This document shows, piece after piece, positions 55,920-64,000 of a DNA stretch of 64,000 bases. Below the pieces are notes generated by a model that worked only from the letters and a program-made list of their open reading frames with translations, was not told the origin of the DNA and ran no database searches. Within the stretch, counting starts at the first letter, position 1; each line of letters starts with the position of its first letter. The position numbers and the translations under genes are program-made. The stretch spans positions 158,022 through 222,021 of the forward strand of contig JBFWNW010000003.1 in the NCBI GenBank assembly GCA_050250855.1, read 5' to 3'. Source of the stretch: Candidatus Babeliales bacterium (GTDB lineage Bacteria > Babelota > Babeliae > Babelales > JACPOV01).

Positions 55920-58367
55920 ATGAGTATTATGACAAAGGATTCAAAAAACACCACGTATGGTGCCAAAGCGATTCAAGTTATCGAAGGCCTTGAGGCAGTG
56001 CGCAAACGCCCTGCCATGTATATCGGTTCAGTAGGACCTGGCGGCTTGCACCATCTTGTTTATGAAATTGTAGACAACTCAGTTGACGAGGCACTTGCTG
56101 GTCATTGTACAAAAATAGATGTTGCGCTCAATACAGACGGTTCATGCTCTGTGGAGGATAATGGTCGCGGTATTCCTACCGACATTCATCCAACTGAAGG
56201 GGTTTCTGCTGCTGAAGTTGTATTAACCAAACTACATGCTGGTGGCAAATTTGATAAAGAATCATATAAATTTTCCGGCGGTCTTCATGGCGTCGGTGTT
56301 TCTGTGGTAAACGCTTTATCTCGTCGTTTGGAGCTAGAAATTTATCGTGATGGCAATATTTATAGCCAGGTTTTCGAGCGTGGCAAACCACTTGCACCAC
56401 TTTCTATTGTTGGCACTACAAAAAAACAGGGCACCTTTATTCGCTTCTTTCCTGATTCTGAAATTTTTACAGAAACAGTACAGTTCAATTTTGAAACGCT
56501 CTCTGCACGTTTACGCGAACTCGCCTTTTTAAACAAAAAACTCACCATTAACATTACTGATGAAATCACCGATAAAAAACATGAGTTCTATTTTGAAGGT
56601 GGTATTGTATCATTTGTAGAACATATTAATGCAAAAAAGAAAGCTTTATTTCCTGATGTTATTCACATTGAGCATGAAACAGAAAGCTACATTCTTGAAA
56701 TTGCTATGCAGTACAACGATGGATACAATGAACAGTTGTATTCATTTGTCAATAATATCAACACTATAGAAGGTGGCACGCATGTTTCTGGCTTTAAAAC
56801 AGCTTTAACAAAAATTTGCAATAAAAAAGCCATCCAATTTAATATTATTAAAAGTGGCGAAGCATTCTCGAGTGATGATGTTCGTGAGGGACTTGTTTGT
56901 GTTATCAGCATAAAAGTTCCAGAACCTCAATTTGAAGGACAAACAAAAACAAAATTAGGTAATAGCGATGTAAAAGGCCTTGTTGATTCATGGACCTTTG
57001 CAGCACTTGATACCTATTTTGAAGAAAATCCTGCTATTGCAAAATTAATTTTACAAAAAGCCGAATTAGCAAAACGTGCACGCGATGCTGCAAAAAAAGC
57101 TCGCGACTTAACACGCCGCAAAACCGCTCTTGAAGGCATGGTGCTTCCTGGAAAACTTGCAGATTGCTCTGAAGAAAACCCAGAAAAAACTGAAATGTTT
57201 ATCGTTGAGGGTGATTCCGCTGGTGGTTCAGCAAAACAAGGCCGTGATAGATTTATCCAAGCAATTCTTCCTTTACGCGGTAAAATTTTAAACGTTGAAA
57301 AAGCACGCCTTGACCGTATGCTCAGCAATGAAGAAATTAAAGCACTTATTTCTGCTATTGGCTGCGGCATCGGAGAAGAAGAGTTTGATGTTTCAAAAGC
57401 TCGTTATCATAAAATAATTTTAATGACCGATGCTGATGTTGACGGCTCTCATATCAGAACACTTTTATTAACATTCTTCTTTAGATATATGAAACCTGTT
57501 ATTGAAAAAGGATATTTATATATTGCGCAACCACCTTTATATAAAATAAAGATTGGTAAAAAAGAACAATATTTAAAAGATGAAACATCATTTACTGATT
57601 TTCTGTATGATTGGGCACAAGAACAAACGCTCTTAACTATTAAAAGCAAAGAAATCCCTGGAAACGATTGGGTTGAACTTTTAAACAATCTTAAGATTTT
57701 TGAAAATCGTCTCAAAGCTATTGCGCAATCATACCGTGTTGCCTATGAAAATCTTTATAAAGCAGTACTCTTTGCACGTTCACATCCATGGAAAAAAGAA
57801 AATGGCACAGAGTCTCTTCTTAAAAACTTAAAGAGCTACTTTAAGGAATACAACATTCGCATAGAAGAAGGCAAACCGTTTGAAACCGCTATCAGTGACA
57901 GCACTGAAAAAGATGAATTAACAACGGTACAACCTCCGTATGTTGTTTTCCAGCAAATCACGCGCGCATGGAAAATAGAAGTTGACTTCTTTGACTCTAA
58001 AGATCTTGCCGTTCTTCTTCAATTAGTAGAAGATATCAATTCGCTTGAAGATAATGCATGGACGTTACATATAGTGGGCAAAGAACGTGCTATTACCGAT
58101 CAAGGCATTATGCGCCTTATAAAAGCAATTGGTGATATCAGCAAACCATTCATGACCATCCAACGCTATAAAGGTCTTGGTGAAATGAATCCTGAACAAC
58201 TATGGGAAACATCTATGGATCCTAACACCAGAAATCTTTTAAAAGTAACTATTGAAGATGCGCTTGAAGCTGATTCATGGTTTAGCACGCTGATGGGTGA
58301 TGACGTTGAAGGCCGCAGAAAATATATAGAGCAAAACGGCCAATTTGTTAAAAATCTTGATATTTAA
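55920..58367 (+). CDS. gyrB: DNA gyrase subunit B (long form with TOPRIM insertion)
   Basis: EAVRKRPAMYIG, DNGRGIP, SGGLHGVG, EGDSAGG, PLRGK, DADVDG, QRYKGLGEMN. Confidence 0.98.
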   Translation: MSIMTKDSKNTTYGAKAIQVIEGLEAVRKRPAMYIGSVGPGGLHHLVYEIVDNSVDEALAGHCTKIDVALNTDGSCSVEDNGRGIPTDIHPTEGVSAAEVVLTKLHAGGKFDKESYKFSGGLHGVGVSVVNALSRRLELEIYRDGNIYSQVFERGKPLAPLSIVGTTKKQGTFIRFFPDSEIFTETVQFNFETLSARLRELAFLNKKLTINITDEITDKKHEFYFEGGIVSFVEHINAKKKALFPDVIHIEHETESYILEIAMQYNDGYNEQLYSFVNNINTIEGGTHVSGFKTALTKICNKKAIQFNIIKSGEAFSSDDVREGLVCVISIKVPEPQFEGQTKTKLGNSDVKGLVDSWTFAALDTYFEENPAIAKLILQKAELAKRARDAAKKARDLTRRKTALEGMVLPGKLADCSEENPEKTEMFIVEGDSAGGSAKQGRDRFIQAILPLRGKILNVEKARLDRMLSNEEIKALISAIGCGIGEEEFDVSKARYHKIILMTDADVDGSHIRTLLLTFFFRYMKPVIEKGYLYIAQPPLYKIKIGKKEQYLKDETSFTDFLYDWAQEQTLLTIKSKEIPGNDWVELLNNLKIFENRLKAIAQSYRVAYENLYKAVLFARSHPWKKENGTESLLKNLKSYFKEYNIRIEEGKPFETAISDSTEKDELTTVQPPYVVFQQITRAWKIEVDFFDSKDLAVLLQLVEDINSLEDNAWTLHIVGKERAITDQGIMRLIKAIGDISKPFMTIQRYKGLGEMNPEQLWETSMDPNTRNLLKVTIEDALEADSWFSTLMGDDVEGRRKYIEQNGQFVKNLDI

Positions 58368-58378
58368 AGGTTAATACT

Positions 58379-58855
58379 ATGTATTTTACCATACAAAAAA
58401 AAGATCCTTTTAATGTTATTGGTATCGAACTCCAAGTCAACAACCCTGATGAAGCTTTATATAAGATTGACAATTTTTGGCGCAAATTTCGCGATCAAAA
58501 AATTAAGGATCAAATTTCCAATAAAATCAATCCTGACGAAACAATTGCTGTTTATACCAACTATAATGTTGAAGGACAAGGTTATTCATTAATTCTTGGC
58601 GCACGCGTTAAAGATTTAATTAATGATATTCCTGAAGGTATGGTTGGTATAGAAATTCCAGAACAAACGTATGCTATTTTTTCTAAAAAAGGATCTATTC
58701 CTGAAATCATTCAAGATGGCTGGAAGCAAGTGTGGGAAGAACCACTTGCTCGCGCTTATACGTATGATTTTGAATTGTATAAAGATGAATCTTTAGATAA
58801 TGGCAGCGTTGAATTTTACGTTGCGGTAGTTCCTGATTATTCGCAAGCAGCATGA
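58379..58855 (+). CDS. GyrI-like/Cass2 small-molecule-binding domain protein
   Basis: F..IG......N...I..FW, PEGM....IP...YA.F..KG, W..VW......R.Y..DFELY. Confidence 0.8.
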   Translation: MYFTIQKKDPFNVIGIELQVNNPDEALYKIDNFWRKFRDQKIKDQISNKINPDETIAVYTNYNVEGQGYSLILGARVKDLINDIPEGMVGIEIPEQTYAIFSKKGSIPEIIQDGWKQVWEEPLARAYTYDFELYKDESLDNGSVEFYVAVVPDYSQAA

Positions 58856-58883
58856 GTATGCATAAAATACACGGAAATTAATT

Positions 58884-59858
58884 ATGCATAATCTCATTAA
58901 TACAGTTTTGCATTTCATACAAGATCACCAGCTTGTAAAGGCTGGTGATACGATTATTATCGGCCTTTCTGGTGGGCCAGATTCTGTTTTTTTACTGCAT
59001 GTTTTGCATGAATACCGCAAAAAAATGCCGCTCAAACTTATTGCTGCACATCTTGACCATCAATGGCGTACTGAATCTGGCAACGATGTTCTGTTTTGCA
59101 AAAAATTGTGTGAATCATTAGAAATTCCTTTTGTACATAGCTCAGCAGATCAACTCCCGGCTGCATTGCAAAAAAAAGGTTCAAAAGAAGAAATTGGCAG
59201 ACGCATGCGCCGGTACTTTTTGCAAATGATAAAACAAGATTATAATGCACACTCTATTGCACTCGGACATCACCTGAATGATCAAGAAGAAACATTTTTC
59301 ATTCGCCTTATTCGTGGCAGTACTCTTGCCGGCCTGACCTGCATGAAGCCACGCGAAAATGCTTATATTCGTCCTTTATTGGCACTTACCAAAAAAGATA
59401 TTCTTGAGTATTTGCATGCCAATACTATTTCTTATCTTACTGACCCGAGCAATGAATCAGAATCTTTTTTGCGCAACCGCATTCGGCTCAATGTTATTCC
59501 TGCGATCAAAGAATGTGATGCACGATTTGATACTAATTTTGTCCGCACCCTTAGTGCGCTCCAAGAAACAGAACAGTACCTGCAAACATTAACAGCGGCA
59601 ACATTTCAAACATTAGCAGAATTTCAAGATTCATCTTGGCACCTTTCTCTTGAGCAGTTCAAAGCTCTGGATCCTTTTATGCAAAAAAGAGTCCTTCTTT
59701 ACTGGCTTATCAAAGAACAGGTCCCTTTTACCCCTACAGCCTCTTTTCTTGATGAGATCTTACGGTTTCTCTATACCAAGCAAGGCGGCAGCCATACCTT
59801 GGCCCCAACCTGGGCTTTAGAGAAAAAACAGGGAAAAATATTAATTATTAAGATCTAG
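58884..59858 (+). CDS. tilS: tRNA(Ile)-lysidine synthetase
   Basis: SGGPDS, HLDH..R, GHH.NDQ.ET...RL.RG, IRPLL, D.SN....F.RNRIR. Confidence 0.95.
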   Translation: MHNLINTVLHFIQDHQLVKAGDTIIIGLSGGPDSVFLLHVLHEYRKKMPLKLIAAHLDHQWRTESGNDVLFCKKLCESLEIPFVHSSADQLPAALQKKGSKEEIGRRMRRYFLQMIKQDYNAHSIALGHHLNDQEETFFIRLIRGSTLAGLTCMKPRENAYIRPLLALTKKDILEYLHANTISYLTDPSNESESFLRNRIRLNVIPAIKECDARFDTNFVRTLSALQETEQYLQTLTAATFQTLAEFQDSSWHLSLEQFKALDPFMQKRVLLYWLIKEQVPFTPTASFLDEILRFLYTKQGGSHTLAPTWALEKKQGKILIIKI

Positions 59859-59933
59859 AGGGCGCTACCATTTGAAAACCTTAAGAATTTGACTACAATA
59901 AGAGATATTGGTTTTAACTTAAGGATATAATTC

Positions 59934-61172
59934 ATGAAAAAACTACTCCTTTTTCTTTTCACTCTCCTAGCCCTCAATCAGGTATGTTTTCCAGAAGAAA
60001 TAGCAAATATAGAAAAAATTGAGCTCGTACTACTTGATCCTAACAACACTGAAAATCTAAAAGAACTAAACATCCTTTTAGAAAATATTACTCAGTTAGG
60101 TTATAATGATATAAAATTGTTGGAGCCAAGCCTTACCAACGTTTTAATAATGGCTTGCGTTAAGGGAAATCTTGAAATTGTTAGATCACTTTTACAATTC
60201 AATAGCAGTGTAATTGAAAAATTTAATTTGAAAAATTATATCAATCTAAATGATATCTGTGACTATCCCTACTTTTCTAATTTCTCATATAAAAAAGGCC
60301 AAACTCCTTTAATGCTTGCGATCATAATGGGCCATACCAATATAGCTGAACTCCTTATTCATTGTGGCGCTGACGTTAATGCAAAAGACCATTCCCTCAA
60401 AACCCCTTTAATCTGGGCTTCCTATTATGGCTATACTGACGTAGTTCAACTTCTTATCCAATATGGTGCTGACATTAATGCAGGCGATCAGTACGGCAAA
60501 ACTCCTTTAAAAACTGCTAGTTCAAATGGATATACAGAGATAGTGCGCCTTTTGCTTCAACAGGGGGCTAATATTAATTCAAGCCCCAATACTCTTATGA
60601 CCGCTTTAACACTGGCTTCTTCTAGTGGTCACACAGACATAGTAAAACTTCTTATTGAACATGGTGCTGATATTAATGCACAAGACAAGTGTGGAAAAAC
60701 CCCCCTAATGTGGACTTCTATGTACAACTGGCCAGAAACAGCTCTATTACTTATTGAACATGGTGCTGATATCAATGCAAAAGATCGTTATGACAAAACT
60801 CCCCTAATGTGGACTTCTTATTATGGCTATACTGACGTAGCTCAAATTCTCCTTCAATATGGTGCTGACGTTAATGCACAAGATTATAATGGCAACACTG
60901 CTTTAATGTTGGCTATTGATGTCATTAATCACAACATTGACCTCGCACAACTTATTATTGAACATGGTGCTGATGTTAATGCACAAAATTATAATGGCAA
61001 CACTGCTCTCATTCACGCTGTTTGCGAATGCCATGTCACAGCAGTAGAACTTCTTATTAAAAACAAGGCAAATATTAATATACAAAATGCTAATGGAACT
61101 CCTTTAATGATAGCTTCTTATTATGGCTATACCGATATCGTACAAATGCTTTCTTCAGAAACATGTTCCTGA
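59934..61172 (+). CDS. Secreted ankyrin-repeat protein
   Basis: Signal peptide; about nine 33-aa repeats (G.TPLM.A...G.TD...LLI..GAD.NA.D). Confidence 0.92.
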   Translation: MKKLLLFLFTLLALNQVCFPEEIANIEKIELVLLDPNNTENLKELNILLENITQLGYNDIKLLEPSLTNVLIMACVKGNLEIVRSLLQFNSSVIEKFNLKNYINLNDICDYPYFSNFSYKKGQTPLMLAIIMGHTNIAELLIHCGADVNAKDHSLKTPLIWASYYGYTDVVQLLIQYGADINAGDQYGKTPLKTASSNGYTEIVRLLLQQGANINSSPNTLMTALTLASSSGHTDIVKLLIEHGADINAQDKCGKTPLMWTSMYNWPETALLLIEHGADINAKDRYDKTPLMWTSYYGYTDVAQILLQYGADVNAQDYNGNTALMLAIDVINHNIDLAQLIIEHGADVNAQNYNGNTALIHAVCECHVTAVELLIKNKANINIQNANGTPLMIASYYGYTDIVQMLSSETCS

Positions 61173-61249
61173 AGAAATTAGAAAAGTTATTGATTCACTT
61201 GATCCAGAAAAGGCCGAAATATCTTTTCTTGATGGTAGAAAAAATACAT

Positions 61250-62011
61250 CTATAACTCTTGCTCCAAGCCAATCCAAAGGCCAGTTTTTTGAGCATGAAC
61301 ATCAAGCTTTTCATGAAGATGATTCAACATATCTGAAGCATATTGCTGCTTTATCCAGAGGCGTAACATAATATCAACATGATATTGTCCATAACGGCGC
61401 ACAATAACTTTTGGTTTTGGATTTTGTTCAATGTGATTATCATGCTCAACAAGATTCGTCAAAAAAGAAACGACATCGCCAACATTTTGCCCCGTCGGAA
61501 TTTCTGCTTTAAAAATAAGGCAACGTTGTGGATAAAATGAATTATTGGTAATGACGGTTGAAGCTATAGTTTCATTGGGAATGCGTACCGATTGCCCTTG
61601 TATAGTGCGCAAGGTAACGGCCATTAATCCTATAGATTGTACTATACCCGTTGCACCAGCACAGATAATACGATCACCAACAACAAAAGGCCGCTCGAGC
61701 AGTAAAAAAATGCCACTCAAAATATTGGCCATAATAGTTTTTGCAGCAAAACCTATGGCAATACCAACAATTCCTGCTGCACCTAATAATGCTGATATAT
61801 TAAAACCACATTCTTGCACTAAGGAAAAGAGGATAAAGCCCATAAAGCCGTAGAAAAAAATATTACTCAGAAGCATTGCTACATGCTTTGATGTTTTTTT
61901 CTCTACTGAATTTTTTAGCCACCTACTTGCTATCCATACGGCAGGCATACCAATAATGACCATAATTGCACTACGAGCAACACTCAGCCAAAAACCTTCT
62001 AAGCCAAACAT
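61250..62011 (-). CDS. mscS: Small-conductance mechanosensitive channel (MscS family)
   Basis: LLGAAGI.G.AIGFA.....N..SG......RPF.VGD.I, G.V..IG, IPN. Confidence 0.9.
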   Translation of the reverse strand: MFGLEGFWLSVARSAIMVIIGMPAVWIASRWLKNSVEKKTSKHVAMLLSNIFFYGFMGFILFSLVQECGFNISALLGAAGIVGIAIGFAAKTIMANILSGIFLLLERPFVVGDRIICAGATGIVQSIGLMAVTLRTIQGQSVRIPNETIASTVITNNSFYPQRCLIFKAEIPTGQNVGDVVSFLTNLVEHDNHIEQNPKPKVIVRRYGQYHVDIMLRLWIKQQYASDMLNHLHEKLDVHAQKTGLWIGLEQEL

Positions 62012-62041
62012 TTTATCCTTTCATTTAAGAATTTTATTTGA

Positions 62042-62125
62042 GTTCACACCCTTCGCCCATTCGACAGGCTCCCAGACTTCGCATAAAAGCTACGTCGGGC
62101 ACGGCAAGGCAGGCAAGCTAAACGG
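62042..62125 (-). repeat. Multiply nested palindromic element
   Basis: + strand GTTCACACCCTTCG[CCCATTCGACAGGCT[CCCAGACTTCGCATAAAAGCTACGTCGGG]...GGCAGGC]AAGCT-AAACGG. Confidence 0.7.
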
Positions 62126-62194
62126 AATAAAAATTACATAGTATTTACTTCTGAAAACTTAATCGAACCCTGGACAAACGTAATAATACAAAAG

Positions 62195-62229
62195 CCGTTC
62201 GTACTGAGCTTGTCGAAGTATTCGAACGG
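62195..62229 (+). repeat. Palindromic intergenic element (minimal TGAG/CGAA form)
   Basis: CCGTTCG-TAC-TGAG-CTTGT-CGAA-GTA-TT-CGAACGG. Confidence 0.85.
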
Positions 62230-62317
62230 TAATTCTGCATCTTTATTTACTCTCCTGGTTACAATCAAGTATCTTAATGATATGATACCAATAAATTGGG
62301 ATTGTTAAAGGAAAGTA

Positions 62318-63331
62318 ATGACAGATTATCGCCAAGAACGCAGTAAATATTATATGCTTCTGCTTTCACTGCTTATTCACCTTGGTGCTCTCATTATTAT
62401 TTTAAAGCTTACCAAAACTGATCGTTTTCTTTTACCGAACCTTACGTTTCAACATACCCCGGAAGAACAAAAAAACACACCCATACCTTCTTTTCTCCTT
62501 GCACAGCTTAAATCTCGTGCATCACATTTTGGCGCTCCTATTATTTTTCATAAAGAACCTGAGCTCGCACCGCAAGAAGCAGATGATCAGGCACAGCAAG
62601 AACATCAAACTTCAAACCAAGAAACTGAACATCAAACGCAAGCACACGAAGAACCAATAAAAGAACAGGAGCAAAAGCAACCAGAAACACAAGAACAACG
62701 GGTACTACCAGAAAAAGCAAAAGCCTTACCAAAAAACACTGTTAGCGTTGCAGAATCTCAAAATATAGTTAAGCCTCCGGTAAAAAAACCAGCTCAGCCT
62801 CCTGCAGTGCGCAAAAAATTAACGCCGCAAGCACCGAGCACTCAAACACGCACAGCCGCTCCCATAAAAAAACAGATCACGCTTGCTGATTTGGCTGAAG
62901 GATTTATTAATACTCTAAATCGTGGCGGAAAAGATTGGCTTGATCGTGATGGTGATCCCAATAAACGTCCTGATTTAGAAGAAATGAAATATTTAAGCTA
63001 TACTCGCAAAGTAATTTGGTATATGCAAAATGAATGGCGCGCAACACAAAGTAAATTAAAAATAGATCTCTTACAAAATTATATCTTAAGCGTTGTTATT
63101 ACGTTCTTGAAAGATGGCTCTGTTGGCAACATTAAAGTTGTTAATGCAAGCGGCAATCAAGCACTTGATGACTTTTTAATACGCGGCATTCGTAAAGCTA
63201 GCCCTTATCCTAAACTTCCTGCTCATTTTAATAGTGATACATTTGACCTGCCGCTCAACATTCACAGTTCACATCAGCCAATTAATCCATGGCAAATGTC
63301 ACTTTCTGGACCACTGGGATCAAAACGGTAA
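62318..63331 (+). CDS. TonB/TolA-like energy transducer
   Basis: TM with SLLIH, long Q/E/P/K-rich linker, TonB_C-like domain (DG.V......SG...LD.....I..ASP.P.LP). Confidence 0.8.
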   Translation: MTDYRQERSKYYMLLLSLLIHLGALIIILKLTKTDRFLLPNLTFQHTPEEQKNTPIPSFLLAQLKSRASHFGAPIIFHKEPELAPQEADDQAQQEHQTSNQETEHQTQAHEEPIKEQEQKQPETQEQRVLPEKAKALPKNTVSVAESQNIVKPPVKKPAQPPAVRKKLTPQAPSTQTRTAAPIKKQITLADLAEGFINTLNRGGKDWLDRDGDPNKRPDLEEMKYLSYTRKVIWYMQNEWRATQSKLKIDLLQNYILSVVITFLKDGSVGNIKVVNASGNQALDDFLIRGIRKASPYPKLPAHFNSDTFDLPLNIHSSHQPINPWQMSLSGPLGSKR

Positions 63332-63376
63332 AAGACCTGGACATTTTTTGCGCAACCATTTATAACTGAGAACGAT

Positions 63377-63408
63377 GTTCGCACCCTTCGACAAGCTCAG
63401 GGCGAACG
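63377..63408 (-). repeat. Palindromic intergenic element (minimal form)
   Basis: Minus strand CGTTCG-CCC-TGAG-CTTGT-CGAA-GGG-TG-CGAAC. Confidence 0.85.
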
Positions 63409-63505
63409 AAAAAATTAATCATACCAATCCTAGATATATAGAACTTAAATTTAAAAATATATCTGGCCACGAATGGAAGTTATAAAAAATAAAAAAAGCC
63501 TAATA

Positions 63506-63539
63506 CCGTTCGTGCTGAGCCTGTCGAAGCATACGAACG
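63506..63539 (+). repeat. Palindromic intergenic element, inverted partner of 63377-63408
   Basis: CCGTTCG-TGC-TGAG-CCTGT-CGAA-GCA-TA-CGAACG. Confidence 0.85.
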
Positions 63540-63553
63540 AAAAAAGGAATAGC

Positions 63554-64000
63554 ATGGCGCATATTGTAATTATTGGTGCAGGATTAACAGGACTTTCTGC
63601 AGCATATCATCTAGAAAAACGTGGTTACACCGATTATACCTTATTTGAACGAGAAGAAACCATTGGTGGCCTTTGTAGATCTGTCGTTCAAGATGGTTTT
63701 ACTTTTGATTACACTGGACATTTATTACATATTAATGATTCTTACTTTAGATCACTCATTAATAACTTAGTAGGACTTGACCAGTTTAATACTATTAATC
63801 GCAAATCTTTTATTTACTCCCATGAACGCTACACGCGCTATCCTTATCAAGTAAATCTTTTTGGTTTGCCTAAAGATGTTATTGCCGAATGTATAGAAGG
63901 TTTTGTTGCCCGTTCCACCTCTTTAAAAAAAACACGCACTTACCCTGAATGGGTTGATAAAAATTTTGGTACAGGCTTTGCGCGCCACTTTTTTCTACCA
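63554..64000 (+). CDS. FAD-dependent oxidoreductase (protoporphyrinogen oxidase/UDP-galactopyranose mutase-like), partial
   Basis: Hand-translated MAHIVIIGAGLTGLSAAYHL...FE....IGGLCRS...GFTFDYTGH; runs off the window. Confidence 0.85.
   Translation, partial: MAHIVIIGAGLTGLSAAYHLEKRGYTDYTLFEREETIGGLCRSVVQDGFTFDYTGHLLHINDSYFRSLINNLVGLDQFNTINRKSFIYSHERYTRYPYQVNLFGLPKDVIAECIEGFVARSTSLKKTRTYPEWVDKNFGTGFARHFFLP

Noticed and set aside
6074..63539. Repeats as a CRISPR array or hammerhead ribozymes (CTGA...CGAA)
   Set aside because: Copies are dispersed and inverted, with no regular spacers and no cas genes; the hammerhead CUGANGA core and three-stem junction are absent

Overview
This is an AT-rich bacterial chromosome segment. 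The gene content points to an intracellular, host-dependent Gram-negative bacterium, most likely Candidatus Dependentiae (TM6/Babelota); this is an inference from two tandem TLC-family nucleotide translocases, a secreted ankyrin protein, many MKK-type signal-peptide orphans and a eukaryote-like phospholipase. The backbone is housekeeping: rpsT, rpmB, suhB, ftsH, tolQRAB-like, cca, dsbD, hpf, der, dnaX, SRP RNA, tRNA-Ser(GGA), rpsB, lon, cmk, recJ, sodA, ftsB, rapZ, S41 protease, glmS, rpsI, dksA-like, tadA, troABCD-like, gyrB, tilS and mscS. The most unusual elements are: (1) an 892-aa FtsH with two complete, diverged AAA+ modules in tandem; (2) a four-gene cluster of secreted proteins with a shared lipid theme (cPLA2/PLB-like phospholipase, 749-aa beta-rich orphan, helical protein with an 11-residue amphipathic repeat, sphingomyelinase-like EEP); (3) an A-B-A-B array of secreted HExxH membrane metallopeptidase-like genes with near-identical ends, unalignable middles and an extra CxxC...CxxH motif; (4) a family of short intergenic palindromic elements with covarying stems around a fixed TGAG/CGAA core, which nest inside one another and sit at the tRNA 3' end; (5) a hidden promoter plus 44-codon ORF between an ABC-2 exporter and an ATP-grasp ligase. 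No CRISPR array, rRNA, integrase or transposase was seen. All family calls come from motif recognition by eye; no database search was run.
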